Shown: positions 1-9,778 of the stretch, one piece after another
Position numbering within the stretch: position 1 is the first letter of the stretch
Layout of the letters: each line of letters starts with the position of its first letter
IMG/VR virus record: IMGVR_UViG_3300025131_000005
Direction: 5' to 3' (one strand)
Length of the DNA: 64,000 bases
Origin: a virus
Program-made: the position numbers and the translations under genes
The notes under the pieces: generated by a model
What the model was told of the DNA's origin: nothing
Database searches by the model: none
The model's input: only the letters and a program-made list of their open reading frames with translations

Positions 1-101
1 CATGTATAATGTTGAAAAAGGAATTCACATTAAGAATAGATTATCATGTAAATACTGTCCTTATACGAAAACCGAACATTGTACATAAAAGTGATTTAAA
101 A

Positions 102-1361
102 ATGAATAAAAAGATTAAAGTATTAGTTTTAAGTGATCATCCATTTTCACCTTCTGGTGTTGGGACTCAAACAAGATATGTGATAGAAGCCTGTTTAAAA
201 ACAGGTAGATATTCATTTGTTTGTCTCGCAGGTGCTATTAAGCACGAAAAGTACGAACCAATCAAAACGGAGGAATGGGGAGAAGATTTAATTATTTATC
301 CTGTCGATGGTTATGGTACTCATGATATAGTACGTTCCATGTTAAGAAATCATAAACCGGATATTGTTTGGTTTATGACGGACCCCCGTTTCTGGGGATG
401 GTTGTGGGAAATAGAAAACGAAATTAGACCAGTCGCCCCTATGGTTTATTACCACGTGTGGGATAATTATCCTTATCCTAAATTTAATGAGGTATATTAC
501 AGATCTTGCGATAAAATTCTCACTATATCGAAAGTAACTGACGACTTAGTACGTACTGTTGCTCCGGATGTAGAAGTAGAATATTTACCCCATGCCGTAA
601 ATCAAGATATTTTTAAACCTCTCCCTAAAGAAGCTTCTGATAAATTCATTTTACAATCTATTCCGCATATGGAAGGAAAAATAATGTTTTTTTGGAACAA
701 TAGAAATGCTAGGCGTAAACAAAGTGGTTCTATTATCTGGTGGTTTGCCGAATTCGCAGAGAAAGTGGGTAGGGAAAATGTGGGTCTTCTTATGCATACA
801 GATCCAAAAGACGAAAATGGCCAAGATTTACAAGCAATTATTCATGAACTAGGTTTAGATGATGGCACTGTTATATTTTCTACCACCCCTGTAATTCCAC
901 AGGTATTAGCTGAGTTATATAATTATGCATCCTGTACCATCAATATTTCTGATGCCGAAGGGTTTGGTTTGTCTACATTAGAATCTTTGGCTTGTGGAAC
1001 ACCTATCATTGTAAATATGACCGGGGGACTTCAAGAACAAGTAACAGATGGCAAAAATTGGTTTGGAATAGGGATAGAACCAAGTTCCAAAGCTATTATA
1101 GGATCCCAACTAGTACCCTATATCCAGGAAGACAGGCTTAATAAAAATGATTTTATTAATGCATTAACTAAAATATATGAAATGTCTCAAGAGGAACGCG
1201 ATGCTCTGGGAAATGGTGGGCTAGAACATGTAACCAAAAATTATAATTTTAAGAACTTTGAAAAACGATGGGTAGAAACGCTAGATGGGGTATATGAGAA
1301 ACATGGTTCTTGGGAGACACGAAAGAATTATAAATCTTGGTTTCTTCAAGAGGTGGTTTGA
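102..1361 (+). CDS. GT4-family (GT-B) glycosyltransferase
   Basis: N-terminal VLVLSDHPFSPSGVGTQ and C-terminal DAEGFGLSTLESLACGTPII (E-x7-E motif). Start moved from track position 9 to the in-frame ATG at 102 (MNKKIKV). Confidence 0.85.
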   Translation: MNKKIKVLVLSDHPFSPSGVGTQTRYVIEACLKTGRYSFVCLAGAIKHEKYEPIKTEEWGEDLIIYPVDGYGTHDIVRSMLRNHKPDIVWFMTDPRFWGWLWEIENEIRPVAPMVYYHVWDNYPYPKFNEVYYRSCDKILTISKVTDDLVRTVAPDVEVEYLPHAVNQDIFKPLPKEASDKFILQSIPHMEGKIMFFWNNRNARRKQSGSIIWWFAEFAEKVGRENVGLLMHTDPKDENGQDLQAIIHELGLDDGTVIFSTTPVIPQVLAELYNYASCTINISDAEGFGLSTLESLACGTPIIVNMTGGLQEQVTDGKNWFGIGIEPSSKAIIGSQLVPYIQEDRLNKNDFINALTKIYEMSQEERDALGNGGLEHVTKNYNFKNFEKRWVETLDGVYEKHGSWETRKNYKSWFLQEVV

Positions 1362-2644
1362 TGAAGAAAATTTTGATTAGAGGTCCGGTCTTAACACGGA
1401 GTGGATATGGCGAACATGTAAGATTTATTTTACGAGCTTTGAGACAATTAGAAGATAAATTAGATATCTATCTCATACCAGTTAATTGGGGAAATACTGG
1501 GTGGATTTATGATGATGATGAAGAAAGAATTTGGATCGACTCACTTATTAATAAAACGGCTGCTCTCAAGCACAACGCTGCTCTTTCGCAAGAGCCACCA
1601 AATTTTGATTTGAGTATCCAAGTTAGTATACCAAATGAGTGGGAGAAATTGGCACCAATTAATATTGGGGTTACGGCAGGTATTGAAACTACAAAAGTAG
1701 CTCCCCAGTGGGTGGAGAAAGGTAATATGGTGGATTTGATTATAGTTCCCTCTCATCACTCAAAACATGTTTACGAAAATACTAATTACAACATGACAGT
1801 ACAACAAACAGGACAAGTTGTGCCTAATTACAAATGTACTACTCCAATCGAGGTTCTTTCTTATCCGGTAAAAGATTTTTCAGTATGCGATCTGGGTATT
1901 GATTTTGAAACAGATTTTAATTTTCTCAATATTGCGCAATGGTCCTCTCGAAAAGATGTAGAGAATTGTATTAAATGGTTTGTTGAAGAATTTATCGATC
2001 AAGAAGTCGGATTAATTTTAAAGCTGAATATAGCTAAGAACTGTTTAATGGATAGAAGAATGAGTGAAAGTAAAATTAAATTTCTTTTATCTGATGAAAA
2101 ATACACTGATAGAAAATGTAAAATATATCTTCTTCATGGTGATATGACTGATCAAGAGATACATCAATTATATCGTCATTCTAAAATTAAAGCTTTTGTG
2201 ACAACAACCCATGGCGAAGGTTTTGGCTTGCCAATGTTCGAAGCTGCCTACGAAGGCATGCCACTGATTGCTCCGGATTGGAGTGGTTATATGGATTTTC
2301 TTTATATGCCCGTTGCGGATAAAAAGGGTAAAACCAAAAATAAAGCTAAGTTTGCGAAAGTGGGCTATACTTTGCAACCTATTGCTCCCGATGTAGTGTG
2401 GGATGGTGTACTTCAAAAAGATTCGATGTGGGCGTATGCTGATCAAGGGTCTTTTAAAATGCGTATGCGAGAGGTTTATAGAGATCATGGTAGATTCAAG
2501 AAGCAAGCCAAAGAACTTCAAGGATGGATTAGAGAAAATTTTTCACTTCATCAACAATATAAAAAATGTTTATATATGTTAGAGAATTTTTTATTAGATG
2601 AAGAGGAAATAGATGATTTTTCTTTTTTTGAGAGAGAAAATTAA
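1361..2644 (+). CDS. GT4-family glycosyltransferase
   Basis: THGEGFGLPMFEAAYEGMPLI E-x7-E motif; SGYGEH N-terminal loop. ATG at 1361 overlaps the upstream TGA (TGATG) after GAGGTGG. Confidence 0.85.
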   Translation: MKKILIRGPVLTRSGYGEHVRFILRALRQLEDKLDIYLIPVNWGNTGWIYDDDEERIWIDSLINKTAALKHNAALSQEPPNFDLSIQVSIPNEWEKLAPINIGVTAGIETTKVAPQWVEKGNMVDLIIVPSHHSKHVYENTNYNMTVQQTGQVVPNYKCTTPIEVLSYPVKDFSVCDLGIDFETDFNFLNIAQWSSRKDVENCIKWFVEEFIDQEVGLILKLNIAKNCLMDRRMSESKIKFLLSDEKYTDRKCKIYLLHGDMTDQEIHQLYRHSKIKAFVTTTHGEGFGLPMFEAAYEGMPLIAPDWSGYMDFLYMPVADKKGKTKNKAKFAKVGYTLQPIAPDVVWDGVLQKDSMWAYADQGSFKMRMREVYRDHGRFKKQAKELQGWIRENFSLHQQYKKCLYMLENFLLDEEEIDDFSFFEREN

Positions 2645-3489
2645 TGTCAAAAAAAGCGCTTTTAATCCAACCGGGAAAGCTTGGAGATCTTGTTATTACG
2701 ACTCCTATAGCAAAACATTATCATGATATGGGCTATGAAGTACACTGGCCAGTCTTTGATAATTTTGCTAATTATTTTAAAGCGTTTGATCATATAAATT
2801 CATTTTGTTTTGGTGCAAAAATGAACCCTTCGGCATATTATAGAAATGAACGTCTAGATCGACATACACCTGAAGTATTTTTAAAAGCAGGAGGACAATT
2901 CTTTACTCATTTGAATAAATTCATTAATGACAATAATGACTATGAAATAGTTGATTTCTGCTTTACTTTTCCGGGCCATTTTAATAATTACAATAATCGT
3001 TTAACAAAAACCTTCGAAGCGGAAAATAGAAACTGGATTGATTTAAAATATCATTTAGCTGAAGTTCCTTTGAAAAAAAGATGGGAATATGAGTGGAATA
3101 GAGATGAAGAAAAAGAAGATAAATTATTAGAATTTATAACTAATTTTACAAAGAAAAAATATGGGTCAGAAAAATATTCAATAGTACATGAATATCGAGG
3201 AGGTACCCCATTAAAAGAAATAAAAACAGAAAATCCAATTAATTTTTCATATATAAAAGGATATGAAATTTATGATTGGTATAAAGTATTGTTAAATGCA
3301 CAATCAATTGTGTGCGTCGATTCATGTTTAGCAAATTTTGTAGAAGTAATACCAGCTTTCAAGAATATAAAAAAACATTATTTGGGAAGTGAGGAGCCTC
3401 ATTTTCACCCATATATGAGAAATATACTTTTAAATAATTGGATTGATCATTCCGATAGCGATACTGCTTATAATGGCTTTCAATTATGA
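2644..3489 (+). CDS. Putative GT9-like (heptosyltransferase-fold) glycosyltransferase
   Basis: N-terminal PGKLGDLVITTP and late CVDSCLANF resemble the GT9 LGD and vDSg motifs; shorter than canonical GT9. Confidence 0.5.
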   Translation: MSKKALLIQPGKLGDLVITTPIAKHYHDMGYEVHWPVFDNFANYFKAFDHINSFCFGAKMNPSAYYRNERLDRHTPEVFLKAGGQFFTHLNKFINDNNDYEIVDFCFTFPGHFNNYNNRLTKTFEAENRNWIDLKYHLAEVPLKKRWEYEWNRDEEKEDKLLEFITNFTKKKYGSEKYSIVHEYRGGTPLKEIKTENPINFSYIKGYEIYDWYKVLLNAQSIVCVDSCLANFVEVIPAFKNIKKHYLGSEEPHFHPYMRNILLNNWIDHSDSDTAYNGFQL

Positions 3490-3887
3490 GAAAAATAGGA
3501 TTTGTAAATGGATGTTTTGATATTCTTCATATCGGACATTTGAAATTATTTGAATTTTGTAGAAGCCAATGTGATTATTTAGTTGTAGGAATTGATTCGG
3601 ATTCAATGGTAAAAAAAGCTAAGGGAGAATCAAGACCATATAACAATGAAGCGGATAGAAAATATTTTTTAGAAAATATAAAAGCCGTCGACAAAGTTTT
3701 TATTTTTAATTCTCATTCTTTTTTAGAAAATAAATTAAGCACACTAAGCCCGGATATCATGTTTGTGGGTTCTGATTATAGAGATAGGAAAGTCATTGGC
3801 AGCCAATTTGCCAAAGAATTAAAATTTTTTGAGAAAATAAATGGGCACTCAACAACAAAACTCATACAAGATATTACTTTTGGGTGA
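3486..3887 (+). CDS. rfaE2: RfaE domain II-like sugar-1-phosphate adenylyl/cytidylyltransferase
   Basis: GCFDILHIGH (HIGH motif), VGIDSD, KGESRP, GSDY and C-terminal GHSTT. Confidence 0.85.
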   Translation: MRKIGFVNGCFDILHIGHLKLFEFCRSQCDYLVVGIDSDSMVKKAKGESRPYNNEADRKYFLENIKAVDKVFIFNSHSFLENKLSTLSPDIMFVGSDYRDRKVIGSQFAKELKFFEKINGHSTTKLIQDITFG

Positions 3888-4638
3888 TGGATGCATTGAC
3901 AAATATCATTTTGGTCAATGCGAAAGACTATCACCAGAAGCACCGGTACCAGTTTTCAAATTGATGAGAACCAAACCAATGCCAGGAATGGCTTTGAATG
4001 TAGAGAAGAATTTGTCTGCTTTTGGTATTAATGTAGATACCATCAGTAATGAGGGTAAACTGATTACAAAAGAAAGATTCATCGATGAAAAATCCGGGCA
4101 ACAACTTTTGCGTTTAGATACCGGTGAAAATGAATTATTAGATCCTATAGATGTAGAGGATATTGACTTAAATCTATACGACTGTGTTGTGGTTTCGGAT
4201 TACAATAAGGGTATTTTAGATTATCACAATTGTTCTCTCTTGGCGAAGAAGTGTATACAAGAAAATAAATTTTTATTTGTGGATAGCAAGAAAAAGGATT
4301 TAAGTTGTTTCGAGGGAGCAATAATAAAAATTAATAAAAGAGAAAAGGAATTAGTTGAAAATTTTCCTATTAAATATGATATAATTATAACTCATGGAGA
4401 GCAGGGTGCTACATGGGATGGTTTACATTTCCCCTCGGATCCTACCGAAGTATTTGATGTATCTGGAGCGGGAGATACTTTCTTTGCCGCTCTTGTAAGC
4501 GAGTATTTGGTATCTAAAAATATAGCTACTTCTATAGTATTTGCTAATAAATGCGCGGCCCTTACCGTCAAAAAAATTGGAGTATATTCACCAACACAGA
4601 CAGAAATAAAGGATATTAAAAATGGTTTATGTGGTTGA
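3841..4638 (+). CDS. rfaE1: RfaE domain I-like heptose-7-phosphate kinase (PfkB family)
   Basis: LLGDGCIDKY, RLSPEAPVPV, SDYNKG and PfkB signature DVSGAGDTF. Confidence 0.85.
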   Translation: MGTQQQNSYKILLLGDGCIDKYHFGQCERLSPEAPVPVFKLMRTKPMPGMALNVEKNLSAFGINVDTISNEGKLITKERFIDEKSGQQLLRLDTGENELLDPIDVEDIDLNLYDCVVVSDYNKGILDYHNCSLLAKKCIQENKFLFVDSKKKDLSCFEGAIIKINKREKELVENFPIKYDIIITHGEQGATWDGLHFPSDPTEVFDVSGAGDTFFAALVSEYLVSKNIATSIVFANKCAALTVKKIGVYSPTQTEIKDIKNGLCG

Positions 4639-4963
4639 TATCGATGGTACTATATGTACTTTGAGTAAAGATTTAACTTATACAGATTCGAAACCTCTTA
4701 AAGAGAGAATTGAAAAACTTAATAAACTACACGACGAGGGTCATACTATAATTTACCACACAGCTCGTGGGATGGGTCGTAACAACAATATACGCTCCTT
4801 GGCTGAAGCTAAGTTTTATCTTTTTACCGTTAAACAACTTAAAGGATGGGGATGCAAGTATCACCGAATCTTTTTAGGCAAACCTGCTGGCGATATTTAT
4901 ATTGATGATAAAGCAATGAAAGATGGAGAGTTTTTTGAAGATCGCGATGACATTTGTCCCTAA
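4622..4963 (+). CDS. Small HAD-superfamily phosphatase
   Basis: DIDGT motif I, HTARG motif II, GKP..DIYIDDK motifs III/IV. Confidence 0.8.
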   Translation: MVYVVDIDGTICTLSKDLTYTDSKPLKERIEKLNKLHDEGHTIIYHTARGMGRNNNIRSLAEAKFYLFTVKQLKGWGCKYHRIFLGKPAGDIYIDDKAMKDGEFFEDRDDICP

Positions 4964-5288
4964 AGGATGGGGATTTGAAAAATGGATTGTTAACTGTGAC
5001 AAATATTGTGGAAAATTACTTTATTTCGTAAAAGGAAAAAAGTGTTCATGGCATTATCATAAAATAAAAGATGAAGTTTTTTATGTACAAAGCGGTAAAA
5101 TTATGGTAAAGTATTCGTATAATGATGATCTTTCCAAGGCACGCAAAATTATTCTTGAAGCGGGAGATAATTTTCATGTTGCCGTGGGCATGAGACACCA
5201 AATGATAGCACTACAAGATACTGAATTATTTGAGTTTTCTACTCAACATTTTGATGAAGATAGCTATCGGATTGTGAAAGGAGACTGA
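4947..5288 (+). CDS. Cupin-fold sugar isomerase/epimerase-like protein
   Basis: VPKGWGFEKW, SWHYHKIKDEVF and RHQM cupin His/Glu metal ligands. Start moved to the in-frame ATG at 4947. Confidence 0.75.
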   Translation: MTFVPKGWGFEKWIVNCDKYCGKLLYFVKGKKCSWHYHKIKDEVFYVQSGKIMVKYSYNDDLSKARKIILEAGDNFHVAVGMRHQMIALQDTELFEFSTQHFDEDSYRIVKGD

Positions 5289-6065
5289 ATGAGTGAGAGA
5301 GAGTTCGAATTTGTACACAAGAACCCAAAGTCTTTTATAACAACCGGGGATATGGGAGACGTTATATATCACCTTCTCTTCATAAAGAAACTAGGGGGCA
5401 CCAAATATCATATCGATCCATCTCCTACCAGCTATGAGAGAAATGGATACATTCGAGTTGGGGACGGTAACCCAGGAAAATTTAATTTAACTAAGGCGCT
5501 TTTTCTGTTGCCGTTAATTAAGAAACAATCTTATCTGGAAGATGTAGATCTCTATAATAGTGAGCCCTCACGAGCTTGGCAGTATTATGATGTCCATACA
5601 GGGGAATACCACAAGGATGATCTAGGCATGCAAAATTTAGTTCAGTTTCATGCTAAGAAGTATGGCTTGCCCCTCGACGAGCTAAATGAGCCATGGCTAG
5701 AGGTTAAGTCAGCGAGAAGAGTCGATCCCAACCGCGACACGGTAATTAGCCGAACGCTAAGATATCGAGGAAATGATAATTATTATTACTTTAATAGAGA
5801 GCGTCTTAACCAGAGGGGAGTTTTTGTTGGACTTGGCGAGGAATATACAGATTTTGTGCAGAGATTTGGTTGCGTTAATGTACCTCTCCGCCGCGTAGAT
5901 ACCGCCTTGGAGATGGCAGAAGTCATTAATGGACATCAACACTTTGTAGGTAACGGCTCTTTGGTAGCGTCAATTGCTTTAGGTTTGGGATTAGAGATAG
6001 AATATGAGTTTTGTCCAGCTGCTGCTCATTATTTATTCAAAAGAGATAATATTAATATATTTTAA
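5289..6065 (+). CDS. Putative GT-B/GT9-like glycosyltransferase
   Basis: GDMGDVIY N-terminal motif and FVGNGSLVASIALGLG C-terminal motif parallel the GT9 layout; context. Confidence 0.45.
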   Translation: MSEREFEFVHKNPKSFITTGDMGDVIYHLLFIKKLGGTKYHIDPSPTSYERNGYIRVGDGNPGKFNLTKALFLLPLIKKQSYLEDVDLYNSEPSRAWQYYDVHTGEYHKDDLGMQNLVQFHAKKYGLPLDELNEPWLEVKSARRVDPNRDTVISRTLRYRGNDNYYYFNRERLNQRGVFVGLGEEYTDFVQRFGCVNVPLRRVDTALEMAEVINGHQHFVGNGSLVASIALGLGLEIEYEFCPAAAHYLFKRDNINIF

Positions 6066-6082
6066 TAAAAAAGGAAACACAC

Positions 6083-6883
6083 ATGAAAATTGCATTTATA
6101 TCATATATTTTTGGCAACGACCACGCCGTTGTTAATTTTGGAACCTTCAAGATGATGAGTTCTTTCAAACGTTTTCATCCGGATATTCCTCTCTATATGC
6201 TTACAGAGAAAGAGATTAACAAAGAGGCACAAACAGTAGTTCCGATGAGTATGACTTATTTAAATCCTCTAATGACGCGTACAATCGCTGATGATTATGA
6301 CCTTGTGGTTCATATCGATACCGATGTTGTGGTAACGGATCGCTTAGATGAAATTCTAGAGGGCGATTATGATGTTGCGGTGGGACGCAATAATGCGGAT
6401 CAAAGAACTGCAGGATGTGGCACTCCTCACACTCTAAATGGAGAAGTAGACGTTTTTAAATATGCAAATGCGGGAATTGTAGCATCTACTAAAAAGGAAT
6501 TTTGGGATGATTGGGTTGAATTAAATCAAAAGAATTTTAATAAATATCCTATGCATGAACAAGACAATTTAAATATTTTGATTAATTCAGGTAAATATAA
6601 AGTTAAATGGTTAGATCCACCGGAAAAATCGCTATATTATAATATTGCTAGTGCCTATGGAGATCCCAAGTGGAATGGTCAGTGGGACAAACACTGGGAA
6701 AGTTGGGAAAGAATTGAACTTAAAGATGATAAATTGTGGCTCGATGGAAAACTGATAAAGATGTTACATTATGCCGGGGGGAATACGCCCGATAAATTTA
6801 ATCTTACGAGGCATTTTTCTGATGAAGTCACAGAGCATATTAAAAAGCTTTGTAATATACCAAAGAAATTTAAAGGAGAATAA
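6083..6883 (+). CDS. GT8-like (GT-A) glycosyltransferase
   Basis: HIDTD (DxD), NAGIV, EQDNLN and MLHYAG motifs. Confidence 0.75.
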   Translation: MKIAFISYIFGNDHAVVNFGTFKMMSSFKRFHPDIPLYMLTEKEINKEAQTVVPMSMTYLNPLMTRTIADDYDLVVHIDTDVVVTDRLDEILEGDYDVAVGRNNADQRTAGCGTPHTLNGEVDVFKYANAGIVASTKKEFWDDWVELNQKNFNKYPMHEQDNLNILINSGKYKVKWLDPPEKSLYYNIASAYGDPKWNGQWDKHWESWERIELKDDKLWLDGKLIKMLHYAGGNTPDKFNLTRHFSDEVTEHIKKLCNIPKKFKGE

Positions 6884-6885
6884 AA
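6682..6885 (+). repeat. 204-bp direct repeat, copy 1 (3' end of the GT8 gene plus RBS)
   Basis: GTGGGACAAACACTGGG...AAAGGAGAATAAAA is identical by eye to 7937-8140; offset 1255 bp; flanking bases differ on both sides. Confidence 0.97.
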
Positions 6886-6887
6886 AG

Positions 6888-7829
6888 ATGACTGTTTATG
6901 ATTTCTGTCCATTTTTAGACGAAAACGATCTATATGAACTTAGGTTAAACCAGCATTGGAATTTTGTTGATAAATTTATTGTAGTGGAAGCTTCAGAAAC
7001 ACACACTGGACACGCAAAACCTTTTAACTTTGATCAAAAAAGATTTGAAAAATATTCTGAAAAACTCATATATGTTCAAATTGATTTTCATGACGCGTTC
7101 ACGAGTAACGATTTTTTAGATAGTTTTACAAATTTTGATGAAAGACCACCTGAGTGGATTAGAGATAACTATCAAGGAAATTATTTTACTAAAATTTTAA
7201 AAGATTTAGGCGCGCAAGATGACGATATAATTTATGCTAGTTCTTTAGATGAGATAATTAGAGAAGAAGCTTTTTATGAATCTTTGCGTATTTTTAAAAA
7301 CACAAAAAATATCAAATTTGCATTGCAAACCCCTCCTAATCACCCGCCCCATCTTGTGCAATATTGGCATCATAATCAAAATGTTTTTTTTCCAAACAAG
7401 GTAAGTCGTCCTATAATGGGCTTTCATATGGAGTGGTTTGTATATAAGTTTAATTTAACATCTCACATACGTTGCCCCATGGGCAATATTACAGAATATT
7501 CAACTTATAAACAAATCTTACCAGCAACGATGAGACACATGGCTCTTTCGACACACCCGCCAATTGGCACAACTGAAAAGCCTGCAGGGTGGCATTTTAC
7601 TTTTTTAGATGACACAAATGGAGATAAAATTATAAAAAAACTAGATTCTTATGCGCATCATGTCGATTATATGCCCGAGTATTTAAACCTCGATAAACAC
7701 GATGTAACACTAAAGATGCTTAGAAAACACAGAGCAAAGAAAAAACCGCTGACATTTCCTGATTTTCCATCTTATTTAATTGACAACTTAGATAAATTTA
7801 AAAATTATATCTTCGAAGGCAGCACTTAA
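6888..7829 (+). CDS. GT17-family (beta-1,4-GlcNAc transferase-like) glycosyltransferase, copy A
   Basis: MTVYDFCPF..E.DLYELRL, FIVVEASETHTG, SSLDEI and GWHFTF motifs. True start is the ATG at 6888 after AAGGAG; the track extension from 6771 overlaps the GT8 gene. Confidence 0.8.
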   Translation: MTVYDFCPFLDENDLYELRLNQHWNFVDKFIVVEASETHTGHAKPFNFDQKRFEKYSEKLIYVQIDFHDAFTSNDFLDSFTNFDERPPEWIRDNYQGNYFTKILKDLGAQDDDIIYASSLDEIIREEAFYESLRIFKNTKNIKFALQTPPNHPPHLVQYWHHNQNVFFPNKVSRPIMGFHMEWFVYKFNLTSHIRCPMGNITEYSTYKQILPATMRHMALSTHPPIGTTEKPAGWHFTFLDDTNGDKIIKKLDSYAHHVDYMPEYLNLDKHDVTLKMLRKHRAKKKPLTFPDFPSYLIDNLDKFKNYIFEGST

Positions 7830-7830
7830 A

Positions 7831-8010
7831 ATGGCTGTTTACGATTGCTTTCCTTTTTTCAACGAAAATGATTTATTAGAACTAAGGTTAAATCAACATT
7901 GGAATTACGTAGACAAATTTATTATCACTGAAGCCGGTGGGACAAACACTGGGAAAGTTGGGAAAGAATTGAACTTAAAGATGATAAATTGTGGCTCGAT
8001 GGAAAACTGA
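7831..8010 (+). pseudogene. Truncated GT17 gene (first 36 codons) fused out of frame to the repeat
   Basis: Translates MAVYDCFPFFNENDLLELRLNQHWNYVDKFIITEAG (33/36 identical to the 8849 gene), then runs into repeat copy 2 and stops at 8008-8010. Confidence 0.9.
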
Positions 8011-8140
8011 TAAAGATGTTACATTATGCCGGGGGGAATACGCCCGATAAATTTAATCTTACGAGGCATTTTTCTGATGAAGTCACAGAGCATATTAAAA
8101 AGCTTTGTAATATACCAAAGAAATTTAAAGGAGAATAAAA
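7937..8140 (+). repeat. 204-bp direct repeat, copy 2
   Basis: Identical to 6682-6885; supplies the RBS and the A of the ATG of the FkbM gene. Confidence 0.97.
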
Positions 8141-8841
8141 TGAAGGTACAGAAACAAATGGAGAGTATTAATTATGAATTTGGAGGTGATTTATTTATTG
8201 ACGTCGGCGCTAACGTCGGCATGTGGGTTAAGGAGCTGGGGTATCTTTATGGCAGAATCATATGTATAGAGCCGAGTCAAGAGGCTTTTAAACTACTCAG
8301 ATCTGCAACGGAATACAAATATGGAGATAAGACAACTTATATAAATAAAGCTGGTTGGTCCGAGAGTAATTTAAGATTAGATTTAGCAGCTGGGGGACAC
8401 GATACTGGAAATTTTACAGTTTTTGGAGAAAAATTGATAAAACCAGAAAATATAATCAAACGTGATACATGCACTACCATGACTATAGATGAATTACTTG
8501 ACGAGGTGAAGGACGAAGAAAAAGATATTCTAATTAAAATAGATACAGAGGGAGCAGATTGGGAAATCCTTGACGGCGCGAGAGATTTTATCAAGGCACA
8601 CAGGCCAACGATTGCTTTGGAGAATCATTTTCATATGCATTATGATAAAGAAAAATATTATTCATTGATTTCTTTTTTTCATGAACAAAATTATAATATA
8701 ATTGAATTTAAGAATACCGACTATCTTGAGTCCTACAATCACCAACGAATTTTTGGCGGTGACCGGGATTATACGGGAGCAGAGATGTATGACAAACATT
8801 ACCAAATGATATTTGAACCAAAAAAGTTTTTAGGTGAGTAG
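8140..8841 (+). CDS. FkbM-family SAM-dependent methyltransferase
   Basis: FIDVGANVG, IEPS and KIDTEGADWEILDG motifs. Start is the ATG at 8140 after AAGGAG. Confidence 0.85.
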   Translation: MKVQKQMESINYEFGGDLFIDVGANVGMWVKELGYLYGRIICIEPSQEAFKLLRSATEYKYGDKTTYINKAGWSESNLRLDLAAGGHDTGNFTVFGEKLIKPENIIKRDTCTTMTIDELLDEVKDEEKDILIKIDTEGADWEILDGARDFIKAHRPTIALENHFHMHYDKEKYYSLISFFHEQNYNIIEFKNTDYLESYNHQRIFGGDRDYTGAEMYDKHYQMIFEPKKFLGE

Positions 8842-8848
8842 GTGAATA

Positions 8849-9778
8849 ATGGCAGTATATGATTGTTTCCCCTTCTTTAACGAAAATGATTTACTTGAGA
8901 TAAGATTAAATCAACATTGGGATTATGTAGATAAATTTATTGTTACAGAGGCAGGAGAGACCCATACCGGCTTGAAGAAACCATTTAATTTTGATCATGA
9001 ACGATTCAAAAAGTATGACTCAAAAATAATTTACCATCAAATTAAAGATTTTAGAAAAGAAATTCAAGAAGTTGGCGCGGAGGTATTAGATAATTATAGC
9101 CTTCGTGACCGCAGCCAAAATGGGCAGTTTACAGATGATTGGGTAAGAGATCATTTTCAAGGAAACTATCCAGTAAAAATCTTAAAAGAATTAGGAGCCA
9201 AAGATACGGATATAACTTATTTCAGTGCTGTAGATGAAATTTTGAGTGATCAAGGTTTTAAAGAAGGAATAGCTCGTTTTGTAAACAAAGATGAGATGTA
9301 CGAACTAAAAAGTGGTGGTGAAAAGGTACATAGTCAAAATAATCAACCTGTACTTATAAGACCAACTTTTGGATTTTTTTTGGATACGTATGTGTACAAA
9401 TTCAATTTATTTTGTAAGAAAATTTCTGTGGCACAAATGACTGAATTTTCTGTTCTTAAGCAAATGTTACCATCAACTATGAGAGGCATGTCTATGGGTA
9501 CACATCCTAGTGTTGATAATGCCGGGTGGCATTTTACTTTTATGGATAATACGGATGGTGATAGGGTCCTTCAAAAACAAAAAAGCTGGGCACACTCCAG
9601 AGATGTCATTCCCGGTCAAAAAGTTAAGTTTACACATACAACAAAAAAAGAGGCGTTGGAGAGACTATTTGAGGATCTTAAAGTCACCAAAGTCCCTATA
9701 ACTGAACAATCACATCCCAAATATTTGATTGATAATTTAGAGAAATACAAAGACTACATATGTGAAGAAAAAGGTTGA
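8849..9778 (+). CDS. GT17-family glycosyltransferase, copy C
   Basis: YDCFPFFNENDLLEIRL, EAGETHTG, SAVDEI, GWHFTF and QKSWAH motifs. Confidence 0.82.
   Translation: MAVYDCFPFFNENDLLEIRLNQHWDYVDKFIVTEAGETHTGLKKPFNFDHERFKKYDSKIIYHQIKDFRKEIQEVGAEVLDNYSLRDRSQNGQFTDDWVRDHFQGNYPVKILKELGAKDTDITYFSAVDEILSDQGFKEGIARFVNKDEMYELKSGGEKVHSQNNQPVLIRPTFGFFLDTYVYKFNLFCKKISVAQMTEFSVLKQMLPSTMRGMSMGTHPSVDNAGWHFTFMDNTDGDRVLQKQKSWAHSRDVIPGQKVKFTHTTKKEALERLFEDLKVTKVPITEQSHPKYLIDNLEKYKDYICEEKG

Noticed and set aside
3-10. TATAAT at the window start
   Set aside because: Upstream context is cut off, so no -35 can be assessed.
6771-8139. Identical N-termini MPGGIRPINL... on two track ORFs, suggesting a shared leader peptide
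   Set aside because: Artefact of the 204-bp repeat read in an alternate frame; RBS-supported starts are 6888 and 8140.
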